Numbered from the stretch's first letter, positions 47,580 to 56,789 are shown. The stretch is DNA of 64,000 nucleotides from an uncultured bacterium (GCA_964437725.1 CAYTIB010000114.1:2695-66694), one strand, 5' to 3'. The notes: generated from the sequence alone by a model not told the origin. Numbers and translations: made by a program.

Positions 47580-48257
47580 ATGACACCGAAAGAATTTGTC
47601 CAGCACCTTCGGAAAGTTTACGACGAAACGATCTCGGAGCGGACATTCGTCTATGCCGAATGGTTCAAGGAAACGGGGGAACCTCTTCGGGAAGCTTATC
47701 GCCAGCTTGCCTGTGCAGAGTATGCTAGTTCCTGGGTCCATTCGACATTGTTGGAACGCTTTCCTGAGCTTGAACTCGATCTTAAAATCAAGGTTGCGCG
47801 ACAAGTTTGGGAGGAGGCGCGTCATAGTAAGGATGTGAAATCTCTTCTCAAGGAGGCGTTTGACGAAGACTTCGCGATGCAGGATTTCACTCCTGTGAAG
47901 GAATTGACGGATTGCTTTTATGGCTATTACGCGGACATAGATGATCCCGGTGCTTATTTTGCTGCGCACAATGCAGCGGGTGAGCGAACTGCATTGCGGA
48001 TGTTAGAAAAAGTTAGTGCCTATGCCCGCGAGGTAGGGATGCATAGCCTAGCGCGGGTGGCTGAGAAGATTGTCCCGGAGGAGCGCTTTCACGTTCGATT
48101 GGGTGAGCAAGTGGTTGAAAAATTTGCGACAACTGAAGAACGCCAGAAGAAACTAGAGGAATACTTCCGGTCGGGTTTAGATGCGCACTGGAATTATACG
48201 GAAGGGGTGTATCGGAAAATCAACTCCATGAAGAGTACTGAGGACGTTACTGCCTGA
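47580..48257 (+). CDS. Ferritin-like di-iron-carboxylate-type protein, paralog 2 (full E…ExxH…E…ExxH set)
   Basis: LACAEYAS, WEEARH, AGERTAL and PEERFH give the classical di-iron ligand spacing. ATG 47580 is preceded by GAGGAGAGG. The ORF is open from 47520. Confidence 0.55.
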   Translation: MTPKEFVQHLRKVYDETISERTFVYAEWFKETGEPLREAYRQLACAEYASSWVHSTLLERFPELELDLKIKVARQVWEEARHSKDVKSLLKEAFDEDFAMQDFTPVKELTDCFYGYYADIDDPGAYFAAHNAAGERTALRMLEKVSAYAREVGMHSLARVAEKIVPEERFHVRLGEQVVEKFATTEERQKKLEEYFRSGLDAHWNYTEGVYRKINSMKSTEDVTA

Positions 48258-48286
48258 TTTTGGCAGATTTGGGAGGATCAAGAGGC

Positions 48287-48556
48287 ATGGCCCGAATTGT
48301 CGCAATTGAATCCATCCAGGCCTGGGTGTCGGATAAGCTGCACCTTGAAATTTACAAAAGAGAAGCAGCTGACCTTGGAAGACTCGGTCCAAATGAGGAT
48401 CCTCCACTGACTTGGAAGGAGATTTTCCAAAAGGCCGTAGAGGAAGGCAGCCTTACGCCCGAGGAAGTTCCCTATTGGCTAGGAATCGCGACCAAAGGCG
48501 AAGGTGAGGGCAATGTTGAAGATATTGAGCAAGACTATGAAGCTATCCATGTATAG
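48287..48556 (+). CDS. Small acidic hypothetical protein (89 aa)
   Basis: ATG 48287 is preceded by GGGAGGA and lies 30 nt after the stop of the di-iron paralog 2 gene. No family is recognised. Confidence 0.45.
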   Translation: MARIVAIESIQAWVSDKLHLEIYKREAADLGRLGPNEDPPLTWKEIFQKAVEEGSLTPEEVPYWLGIATKGEGEGNVEDIEQDYEAIHV

Positions 48557-48592
48557 CCCTCAGAGTTGCTTTCTTGATTAGGGGTTAGCGAA

Positions 48593-48898
48593 TTGGTGAA
48601 GACCACCAAAGAAATTTGCGAAAATTACTACAACCTTTTTCTCCAGATGGATGATGGTGAGTGGGAAAAAGTGGACCGTCAACTGGCTGGTGATTACACA
48701 CCCGATGAAGTTGAAGCTATTCAGAAAGATTTTGTCGCATTTACACAGTTTGTTTGGTCGAATTTCATCGGCCTCAAATTGGAGTTTGAGGATCCTATCA
48801 TCGAACGAATCATTGCAGCACATGGCTCTGGTGTTTTGGATCAGTTAGATGTTAGTCAGGAGAGCCTGGAAGCTTTGAGGCTCGATTCCACTGGTTAA
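48593..48898 (+). CDS. Small acidic hypothetical protein (101 aa)
   Basis: The ORF follows the previous gene by 37 nt on the same strand (TTG/GTG start at 48593/48596). No family is recognised. Confidence 0.4.
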   Translation: MVKTTKEICENYYNLFLQMDDGEWEKVDRQLAGDYTPDEVEAIQKDFVAFTQFVWSNFIGLKLEFEDPIIERIIAAHGSGVLDQLDVSQESLEALRLDSTG

Positions 48899-48952
48899 CC
48901 CGTTTTATTTATTGCAGATTTCGCAAGTTCCCCATAGACCGTGATATGTAAG

Positions 48953-49966
48953 TTATTGGCCCAGCACTTCTGCAACATCAACAGCACGGCCTTCTTCCGC
49001 TGAACGAGTAGCTGCCACTACTACCGCTAGTGCATTTAAGCCTTCTTCCCCTCCAGTCTCGGGTTTTGATTGAGTTCTGATGCAGTCCGCAAAATGCTCC
49101 AGTTCGTCCTTTACAATGTCCACACCGGGGTATGGTACAGCGACGCGGGCTTCGTCCGTTTCCTTATGGTAGAGACCTTCATACCGATCGTAAAAAAGGT
49201 TACCCATGGTGCTGTAAACGTTGACAAAGTAAGTCCAACGGGGACTAGCAAAGTTACTTCCCACATATCCTTGAACCCCAGACTCGAACTCTACAATGGT
49301 ACTTGTCACATCAGGAATTTCAGCTTTCGTCACCTTTTTTCCCATAAAGGAGGACACCCGAGAAATTGGTCCACCGAGATAATTTAAGGTATCCACGTGG
49401 TGGACACCTAGTTGTGTCAAGGCCCCAGCAGGACTTTCTCCTTTATACCAAAGCCAATCATCCTCCTTGACGGTTATTCCTAGTGGACTGGAGATGTTTG
49501 CATCAATCATCACGAGTTCGCCGAGTTTACCGTTTTCAATCCATTCCTTCTGGACGCGGTGTCCACCGAGGCGCCTTGAGCTGTGGCCGACCATCAGTAT
49601 AATTTCCGCCTTTTTACAGGCGGCAATTACCCGATGACTCTCTTTAATGTCATTTGTGATGGGTTTTTCAACAAACACGTGTTTCCCAGCTTCTGCGGCG
49701 AGAACGGATAGAATTGTGTGAGCGTTGTTCGGGGCGGAAATAATGACCCCTTCAATGTCCTCTCGTCTCAGAATCTCTTCATATGAAGATACCATGTCTA
49801 TTTTATGCTTTTTTGCGCACACCTCCCTTTTTTCTAAGGAACGACTAAAACCCGCAGCAATTTCGATTTTTTCGCTCTTTGCAGCGGCATTTATCAGAAG
49901 TTCACTCCACCTTCCCAGTCCAATCTGTGCAACACGTACTACCCCATTTGATTCTGCTGTTCCCAT
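48953..49966 (-). CDS. Gfo/Idh/MocA-family NAD(P)-dependent oxidoreductase
   Basis: 337 aa with an N-terminal Rossmann motif (VAQIGLGRWS…), the EKP block (VFVEKPI), and a C-terminal alpha/beta domain typical of the family. Confidence 0.8.
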   Translation of the reverse strand: MGTAESNGVVRVAQIGLGRWSELLINAAAKSEKIEIAAGFSRSLEKREVCAKKHKIDMVSSYEEILRREDIEGVIISAPNNAHTILSVLAAEAGKHVFVEKPITNDIKESHRVIAACKKAEIILMVGHSSRRLGGHRVQKEWIENGKLGELVMIDANISSPLGITVKEDDWLWYKGESPAGALTQLGVHHVDTLNYLGGPISRVSSFMGKKVTKAEIPDVTSTIVEFESGVQGYVGSNFASPRWTYFVNVYSTMGNLFYDRYEGLYHKETDEARVAVPYPGVDIVKDELEHFADCIRTQSKPETGGEEGLNALAVVVAATRSAEEGRAVDVAEVLGQ

Positions 49967-50012
49967 CCTCGCTCCTCAATCTGAACCTTCCTTGGGTTTT
50001 TGAAAATGAGAT

Positions 50013-51062
50013 TTATCCGGAAGAAGATGTCTCACCTCTCAGGTGATCATAGCTAACGACTGTAATGGGTTCTTCTCGTCCCTGGCGTAAAAGTTTTATG
50101 CCTTTATCAGGGGTCGTAATACACCCGATCGGCGTAAGGACTGTTCCGGTTTCCTGAAAAACGCGTGTAGCCAGGTTTTCCGACTCATCCGCTCTAGCGG
50201 TCAGAAGTAACTCGTAATCCTCTCCCCCTTGAAGGGCTAATGTGATTGGATCGCGATTCCATGATTTGGCAACGCTTCGTAGGGCATCTGAAATAGGAAA
50301 CTGCTCACAATGAAGAAGAACTCCGGTGTTGCTAGCCTGGCAAAGGTGTGAAACATCTCCGGAGATACCGTCACTTAAATCGATCATTGCTGTTGCCATC
50401 TTAGATCTTGAAATGGATTGTCCCTCAAGGACGCGGGGAGTTGGTAGGAGAAATGCGTCGACAAGGGGTTTGATGTTGCTAGAAAGGGCCTCGGTTTTCT
50501 CCAGTTTTTTCGGTTCACTATCGTATAAGAGCCGAAAACCTGCCGTTGCATCTCCAAGCGTACCCGTGACCATCAGAACATCACCGGGCTGTGCTCCCGA
50601 TCGGAGAAGGGTAAGGCTTGGATCCGACTCTCCCAACAAATGCACGTCTAAGACCATTGCATTGGCTGAGCGCGAAATATTTCCACCCACAATAGTCGTT
50701 TGGTGTTTCTCACCCTCCTCTCTGAGTCCATCGTAGATACTTTCCAGATATTCTGTTGGCGTTCCCTCGTGAATAGCGATGGAGATTAGCGCATACTTTG
50801 GGTAGCCGCCCATGGCAGCAATGTCGCTGATATTAATGGCCAACGCTTTTTGTCCGAGTTGCTTGGGGGTAGCGTGCTTTTGGAGGAAATGTTCGCCTTC
50901 AACCATCGCATCACTTGTTGCCAACACACAGCGACCCTGGGTGAAGGCTAGCCCCGCACAGTCATCCCCATTTGGGAATATAATCCCTTCGCTAGTCTGT
51001 GGCCCGAGGCGTTTTTTTAAACGGCTTATTAGGCCAAACTCTCCAATGTCTGATAAATGCAC
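50013..51062 (-). CDS. thiL: Thiamine-monophosphate kinase
   Basis: 349 aa. AIR-synthase-related fold with the ThiL N-terminus (IGEFGLISRLKKRL…GDDCA…, …DISD.AAMGG.P…GGN.S…). Confidence 0.8.
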   Translation of the reverse strand: MHLSDIGEFGLISRLKKRLGPQTSEGIIFPNGDDCAGLAFTQGRCVLATSDAMVEGEHFLQKHATPKQLGQKALAINISDIAAMGGYPKYALISIAIHEGTPTEYLESIYDGLREEGEKHQTTIVGGNISRSANAMVLDVHLLGESDPSLTLLRSGAQPGDVLMVTGTLGDATAGFRLLYDSEPKKLEKTEALSSNIKPLVDAFLLPTPRVLEGQSISRSKMATAMIDLSDGISGDVSHLCQASNTGVLLHCEQFPISDALRSVAKSWNRDPITLALQGGEDYELLLTARADESENLATRVFQETGTVLTPIGCITTPDKGIKLLRQGREEPITVVSYDHLRGETSSSG

Positions 51063-51205
51063 GTGCCGAATCTCCTATCGACGAAACAAAATCTTCAACA
51101 TAGGTAGCATAACGCTTGAACATCATCATTGTCTCGTCAACAATGTTCTTTTGAAGAAGGCGTGTATTGTGAAGTGCGAGTGAATTTAGTGAGGAAACTC
51201 GATCT

Positions 51206-52381
51206 TTGATTAGTAAAGACATGCTCCATTTTCAGCAAGAGGCACGAAAATTCCACCGGATCGGACGATGGATAGGCTTGTTGCGAATAGCCCTGGTATT
51301 TCTCTTTCTTGGATTTTTTTTAGTCTCAGGTTTTTCCATGAAATTGGAAGATTGGATACGCAGCATTGTTGTAAACCCTTGGGGGGTGCTAGCTATTTAT
51401 CTTTTTGTATTGCAGTTAGGGATCGAAATACTTAACTTCCCCATGGACTTTCTAAGTGGTTATCGGTTGGCGCATCGTTTCGGTGTTTCCCATCAGGCTT
51501 TTTCAGCCTGGCTAGGGGATCATATTAAGGCATCGACCATACAATTCGCGCTAGTTATTGCAGGTTTTGAAATTTTATATTGGCTGATGCGAGAATCGAG
51601 CCAAACTCTTTTTCCCTGGTGGGCGGGATTGGGGTTTCTTTTGTTTCTCTTGGTTAGCTGTTGGCTGACTCCCGTAATGTTGTTGCCAGCTTTTTTTAGA
51701 GTTCAGCCAGTTCTTGATGGTGGGCTTGAGAAAAAGCTAACGGAGTTGGCGTGTCAATCCGGGACAAAAATTCAGGGAATTTTTCAATATGATCTCAGTC
51801 GAAAAAGTCGAACTGCAAATGCAGCGCTAATCGGGTTAGGTAAAACACGGCGAATATTACTCAGCGATAATCTTTTGAGAGAGTTCACCCAAAGTGAAAT
51901 CTCCGTTGTTCTTGCTCATGAGATTGCTCACCACAAAAAACGTCACATCTTGAAACTTATTTTTATCCAGACGTTGTTGGGTGTAGGAACGTGCTACTTG
52001 GTCTATTTCTTGTTAAGAGTTCTCGGCTCTCCCCTAGGAATCTTACATCCGACGGATCCCTCTGGGTTGCCTCTTTTTCTTGTGATTTTAGTCGTTGGCG
52101 GATTTTTGATTTCCCCACTCGGACACTGGATATCCAGGCGGATGGAACGTGGATGTGATAGTTACGCACTAGAACTGACTCAGGATCCAATTTCATTTTT
52201 GTCTGCTATGCGTAAGCTCTCGCGTTTTAATTTAGCGGAAGAATCTCCATCTCGCTGGGTGGAACTGCTTTTTTATAGTCATCCGCCAATATCCCGGCGC
52301 CTCGAACATGGAGAGCGTTTCAGACGCGAACAACTTGGACTTTCTGTGGAAATGTCTATGCGAGATGACAATTCCAAGTAA
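51206..52381 (+). CDS. M48-family (Ste24/HtpX-like) membrane zinc metalloprotease
   Basis: 391 aa, polytopic, with HExxH (LAHEIAHHKK) and a downstream E in …SRRMERGCD…, plus the C-terminal HPP..RR motif. The start is ambiguous (TTG 51206 or ATG 51221). Confidence 0.8.
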   Translation: MISKDMLHFQQEARKFHRIGRWIGLLRIALVFLFLGFFLVSGFSMKLEDWIRSIVVNPWGVLAIYLFVLQLGIEILNFPMDFLSGYRLAHRFGVSHQAFSAWLGDHIKASTIQFALVIAGFEILYWLMRESSQTLFPWWAGLGFLLFLLVSCWLTPVMLLPAFFRVQPVLDGGLEKKLTELACQSGTKIQGIFQYDLSRKSRTANAALIGLGKTRRILLSDNLLREFTQSEISVVLAHEIAHHKKRHILKLIFIQTLLGVGTCYLVYFLLRVLGSPLGILHPTDPSGLPLFLVILVVGGFLISPLGHWISRRMERGCDSYALELTQDPISFLSAMRKLSRFNLAEESPSRWVELLFYSHPPISRRLEHGERFRREQLGLSVEMSMRDDNSK

Positions 52382-52528
52382 CATGAAAAAGCGCGATATT
52401 GCGCCTCCCGGAATGAACTATTCAACTAATAATTAAGTAAGATTGTTATGATTTCTTGGGTATGGTGAAAGATTATATGTAACTGCCTTCATACTCGTCC
52501 GGGAAATACTGTTTCGGGAGATTTGAAA

Positions 52529-53212
52529 ATGTTCGATAGAAACCATTTTTTGCCCAGACCTCCTGGTCCCCTTTTTGGTCTTTGGTCCTGGAGGTACTTA
52601 AATAAATTCAAGACCTTAAAGTTGGTAAGTAGTAAGAGGGTTAAATCGTTTTATGAAAAATTCAAAAATCTCTATCCACCTGGGTCGAAGTTCCCAACGG
52701 TTGAGCTGAAAACCTCAGATGGACATGTGGTCAAAACCTCAGATTTTCTTGGCAAAAAACATTTCGTTCTTTTTACAGGGGCGATCACTTGACCACCATT
52801 CCGGCGACAGTTGTTGCCTATGGAAGAATTGAAAACGAAATATATGGGAAGAGACGTAGAATTCTTTGCAATGTATGTTCGCGAACCGCATGCTGGCGAA
52901 AATTGGTTTAAACAATTTCGTAATCACGAAAGTTATGAGCATAAACGCGAGGTTGCTGAGGAGTTGGTCCAAATCAAAAATTTGACGATTGCTGTTCTCG
53001 TGGACAGAATTGACGAGAAATACCACGGGTTACTTGGAAATTTGCCGAATTTCTGCTATGTGGTGAACAAACAAGGGTTTGTGGAATACAAGGCGACCTG
53101 GTTACTTGCTGATGCGGTAGATGAGGTTTTAGCGGAGATGGTAACCAGGGACGACCCTACTCAGCCTATCAAAAAAACATTGGACACCTCAGGCGTTGGA
53201 ACGGAAATCTGA
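52529..53212 (+). CDS. Iodothyronine-deiodinase-like thioredoxin-fold selenoprotein (in-frame UGA = Sec at 52790-52792)
   Basis: Track ORFs 52523-52792 and 52811-53212 share a frame, and TGA 52790 is the only stop. Read-through gives …HFVLFTGAIT-U-PPFRRQL…VEFFAMYVREPHAGENW…. This matches the deiodinase active-site signature (FGS.T-U-PPF … F..IYI.EAH..DGW). A SECIS-like hairpin follows. ATG 52529 is preceded by GGGAGA. Confidence 0.85.
52796..52823 (+). promoter_or_regulatory. SECIS-like hairpin for the deiodinase-like selenoprotein
   Basis: Inner 6-bp stem 52803-52808 / 52813-52818 (one G.U) with apical loop AGUU (52809-52812). Outer stem CCAT/ATGG at 52796-52799 / 52820-52823. The loop lies about 17-20 nt after the UGA. 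Confidence 0.6.
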
Positions 53213-53251
53213 TTTATTTAGTAGTTTTTACTGTCTGATATACACGAATTT

Positions 53252-55177
53252 TTATTTTTTGCGGAGTACCCGATTGTCACCGACACGCATAGTGAAACGA
53301 GTCGAGTCAAGATGCTCAAGTAACGGAATCGCATGCTTTCTTGTAATACCGAGCAAGTCCCGGAACCCTGACGCGGAGATCTCATTTTTCTCTTTAAGAA
53401 ATGTTGTCAAAGAATCTTTTATGCTTTCCAGGGTTTCTTGGTGATAAAGCAAGTCGTCCTTTACCCGAATCAAAATTCCTTCGCTGACCAGAACCTGAAT
53501 AATTTCTCGGTCTTTCTTATTTGTAATTCCGAGTTTTTCACAGGCCTCGTCAAGCTTCGGGGGTTGATATCCGGACCCTCGGTATAATTGGTCAATTTCA
53601 TCACGTAGTTTGAGCTGATCAGCGACCAGGCTGACTTCATGGCTTGCAAGTCTCACGATTTCCCCGTCGACCACGACCCCCGTTTTCCCGACTTCTTTCA
53701 AAAGGGTTCCAAAAACCTTTTCTGGCACATTTGGAAGGCGGCTTCGAAGCTCTTCCTTTGGGAGCCCTGGGCGGAGGGGGTTCTCGCGGTGAAAATGGTC
53801 AAGGTAGTCATGGACCGTGGATTGTAATATCCCTAAGGCCTCCTGATGGACTGACCATCCTGACGGACTATCGACCCAGATGACTGTACCTTCCTTTTCG
53901 AAATTAGCCAATATCTCTATCAGGTCTTTACGCCCGGTTGCGGTTCGAGGAAGAAGGTCGCATTGAGGTATCCCACTAGACCCTGCCTCATGTAGGAAGA
54001 GACGCACTCGGGCGGCATCATCGGCTTTGTCCAATGCCTCAAACCGTTTCGAAACTTCCGGTCGCATTCGCCGGTGTTTGGGAGGATGACTATCAAGGAT
54101 TTTTCCTCCACTGATGGTGGTAACGGGTGAGTATGACCGAAGTACATAGCGATCTTCCGGACGAACCACGACCGGTCGCTCCAGGCGAAATTGTGCGTAT
54201 CCAGATTCCCCCGGTTGAAGGCGGTCCGTTCCGATTAATGCTACCCTTCCGATGGCCTCAACGGTCCCCTGATGAAAGCGTATTCGATCCCGATTTTTTA
54301 GAGGTCTCGGTGAATTAGGCAGGTGTTGCAGGGTCGCGTCGACCATATAGGAAGGTGCTAAGCTATCTGGGGCAGCCAGGACATCACCTCGCTCCACAGT
54401 CTCTTTGTCTTGTCCTTGGAGATTGATAGCTGTGCGCTGCCCGGCAGTTGCTTCTTTGACATTTTCCCCGTGTACCTGAAGACCTCGTACTCGGGCAGTG
54501 ATGTTCTTTGGATGGAGTATGACTCGCTCATCTAGGTGGACTCTACCGGAAAACAAAGTTCCTGTTACAACCATACCAAATCCTCGCATTGTAAATACAC
54601 GGTCGATAGGAAGGCGAAAGGGGCTGTCCTCATTCCTAACCCCAACATCAGCTGCCCGTATTGCAAGGGCGGATCTGATAGCATCCACGCCCTCACCCGT
54701 TTGTGAGGAGACCGGGATGATGGGCTTATTCTCTAGAAAAGAGTCACTAAGAAATTCATGTACATCTTCCGTTACCAGCTCCAGCCATTCCTCATCGACC
54801 AGATCCTTTTTCGTCAGCGCCACAATGCCATCTCGAATATCGAGTAGTTGGCAGATTGCAAGATGTTCACGCGTTTGTGGCATTACCCCCTCGTCGGCCG
54901 CTATCACAAACATAACTAGATCGATTCCCCCAGCTCCTGCCAACATATTCCGAACAAAACGTTCGTGACCGGGAACGTCGACTACTCCGGCCCGGACGTT
55001 GCCCGGTAGGTCTAGGGAAGCGAACCCCAGGTCGATCGTAATCCCTCTCTCCTTTTCTTCTTTGAGGCGGTCCGTGTTTACACCCGTCAAAGCTTGCACA
55101 AGTGCAGTTTTTCCATGATCGATGTGACCGGCAGTACCTAGAACGACCTGTTTCAAGGCAATCTCCGTTGGATGCAC
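53252..55177 (-). CDS. selB: Selenocysteine-specific translation elongation factor SelB
   Basis: 641 aa with an EF-Tu-like GTPase ([23 protein letters not shown]) followed by long C-terminal winged-helix domains typical of bacterial SelB. It lies immediately downstream of selA. Confidence 0.9.
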   Translation of the reverse strand: MHPTEIALKQVVLGTAGHIDHGKTALVQALTGVNTDRLKEEKERGITIDLGFASLDLPGNVRAGVVDVPGHERFVRNMLAGAGGIDLVMFVIAADEGVMPQTREHLAICQLLDIRDGIVALTKKDLVDEEWLELVTEDVHEFLSDSFLENKPIIPVSSQTGEGVDAIRSALAIRAADVGVRNEDSPFRLPIDRVFTMRGFGMVVTGTLFSGRVHLDERVILHPKNITARVRGLQVHGENVKEATAGQRTAINLQGQDKETVERGDVLAAPDSLAPSYMVDATLQHLPNSPRPLKNRDRIRFHQGTVEAIGRVALIGTDRLQPGESGYAQFRLERPVVVRPEDRYVLRSYSPVTTISGGKILDSHPPKHRRMRPEVSKRFEALDKADDAARVRLFLHEAGSSGIPQCDLLPRTATGRKDLIEILANFEKEGTVIWVDSPSGWSVHQEALGILQSTVHDYLDHFHRENPLRPGLPKEELRSRLPNVPEKVFGTLLKEVGKTGVVVDGEIVRLASHEVSLVADQLKLRDEIDQLYRGSGYQPPKLDEACEKLGITNKKDREIIQVLVSEGILIRVKDDLLYHQETLESIKDSLTTFLKEKNEISASGFRDLLGITRKHAIPLLEHLDSTRFTMRVGDNRVLRKK

Positions 55178-55201
55178 CGGCTGGAATGAAGGGGAGAAAT
55201 C

Positions 55202-56629
55202 CTAACGTGCCAGCTCTTCGCTTATAGATTCGAGGGCAGCCAGAATATCATGCTCTTCGTTTTGGAAGACAGTTCGCAAATCTAAGAGAAGCAGATCCTC
55301 TTGAATCCGACCAATAATAGGAGGATCAAAGGAGCGGAGTTGCGCTTCGGTTTTCTTGATATCTATTTTCGATATGGGATCTGGACTTATAGCGATGAGT
55401 GCCGTTGGGATTTCCTCTGTTGGCAGAGTTCCACCGCCTGCGCGAGAGCTCCCCGAGATGACACTAGGTCGGAGTTGCTTTGTGGCACGGGTAGAAAGCT
55501 TGGACAAGAGAGAGACCGCACGGTCCCGGACATCTGCTTCAGTTGTCGATAGAAAAGCGATGCTCGGTATTTTGTCAGTTACAGATTGTGGATCCAAATG
55601 TGCCAAAAGGGTTTCTTCGAGAATTGACAAGGACAGCTTATCAAGACGCAAAGCCCTCATTAGCGGGTGCTCTTTTGCTAGATCTGTACATTTGCGATCT
55701 CCTGCAAAAATACCTGCTTGGGGTCCACCGAGAAGTTTATCACCACTGAAAGTGACGAGGTTGGCTCCCTGCCCGAGAATGTCTGATGGGGTTTTCTCCT
55801 TTATGACTCCCAACTTTTTGAGATTCGTTATGTATCCACTTCCTAAGTTCACCATGAAAGGGATCTTATGCTTTCGGCCAAGCTGTGCAAGATCTCGAAT
55901 GCTGACCTCCTCTGTAAACCCCACGATACGGTAATTGCTAGTGTGAACTTTCAACAAAAGGGCAGTGTTTTCCCCTATGGCGTTTGCGTAGTCCATTAGG
56001 CGGGTTTTGTTGGTAGTACCCACTTCATGAAGAATGGCGCCACTTTGTCGCATTACTTCCGGAATGCGAAATCCTCCTCCAATTTCGACCAGTTCACCCC
56101 GAGAGACTATTACTTCTTTTCCTGTGGCTAAAGCCGCAAGGCAAAGTAGGACGGCTCCAGCATTATTATTTACAGCCCCAGCGGATTCTGCTCCGGTTAG
56201 TCGTTGCACTAGCTGCTCAATGGCGGAATCCCGTTGGCCTCTTTTGCCATTTTCTAGATCGAACTCCAGGTTGGAATAGCCTCCGGCGACTTCTGTAGCT
56301 CGCTTCAAGATATCGGTTCCTAAAGGGGCCCTCCCGAGATTTGTATGGAGGACTACACCGCTTGCGTTTACCACTTTCCGAAGTTTTGGCGTCAGAGTTT
56401 CCTGGAGCCGGACCAGTGCTTCGTTTGCGATCTTTTCCGGAGACATATCGATCTCTGATGTGTCTTGAGCTTCGAGAATTGTTTTTCGGTGGTGGGCTAG
56501 TGTTTCGCGCACGCAGTCAGTTGCAGTTTTTTCCGGAAGATCATGGATAGGTTTCTTACGTAGAACTTGAAGTACTTCATCAACAGAGGGTAGTTCCTGG
56601 AGCTCTTTTTGTGTTCCTTTTTTTTTCAT
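55202..56629 (-). CDS. selA: L-seryl-tRNA(Sec) selenium transferase SelA
   Basis: 475 aa with SelA blocks (…VVNASGVVLHTNLGRAPL…, NNNAGAVLL, the PLP-Lys region FSGDKLLGGPQAG). ATG is followed by an A9 run. Confidence 0.9.
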   Translation of the reverse strand: MKKKGTQKELQELPSVDEVLQVLRKKPIHDLPEKTATDCVRETLAHHRKTILEAQDTSEIDMSPEKIANEALVRLQETLTPKLRKVVNASGVVLHTNLGRAPLGTDILKRATEVAGGYSNLEFDLENGKRGQRDSAIEQLVQRLTGAESAGAVNNNAGAVLLCLAALATGKEVIVSRGELVEIGGGFRIPEVMRQSGAILHEVGTTNKTRLMDYANAIGENTALLLKVHTSNYRIVGFTEEVSIRDLAQLGRKHKIPFMVNLGSGYITNLKKLGVIKEKTPSDILGQGANLVTFSGDKLLGGPQAGIFAGDRKCTDLAKEHPLMRALRLDKLSLSILEETLLAHLDPQSVTDKIPSIAFLSTTEADVRDRAVSLLSKLSTRATKQLRPSVISGSSRAGGGTLPTEEIPTALIAISPDPISKIDIKKTEAQLRSFDPPIIGRIQEDLLLLDLRTVFQNEEHDILAALESISEELAR

Positions 56630-56789
56630 TCAGATCCGTCCAAAATAGATGTCTAAGCCGGGTGCGAATTCTCTTACCAAAAACCATGAAAATCAGAAGC
56701 CCTGTTTGATTTTCCTGTGGGGGTTCTAAACCTTATGAATTTATTTTCCGCGGTGCTCAAGGGAAATTGTTTGTTCTCGTTTGAGTTAG

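Noticed and set aside
50013-51062. AIR-synthase-fold gene considered as selenophosphate synthetase SelD, because selA and selB are nearby.
   Set aside because: The N-terminus (IGEFGLISRLKKRL…GDDCAG) and overall pattern match ThiL. It lacks the SelD N-terminal Gly-rich loop with the Cys/Sec-Lys motif.
56618-56626. Homopolymer A9 (on the coding strand) immediately after the selA ATG, a possible slippage or phase-variation tract.
   Set aside because: It simply encodes Lys-Lys-Lys in frame. A-rich early codons are common, and there is no evidence of a frameshifted variant here.
53213-56789. Search for tRNA-Sec (selC) flanking selA/selB.
   Set aside because: The 40-nt gap after selB and the 160-nt region upstream of selA contain no GGTTCGA-type T-loop and no UCA anticodon stem-loop. 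I found no candidate in the other intergenic gaps either, but a by-eye scan is not exhaustive.
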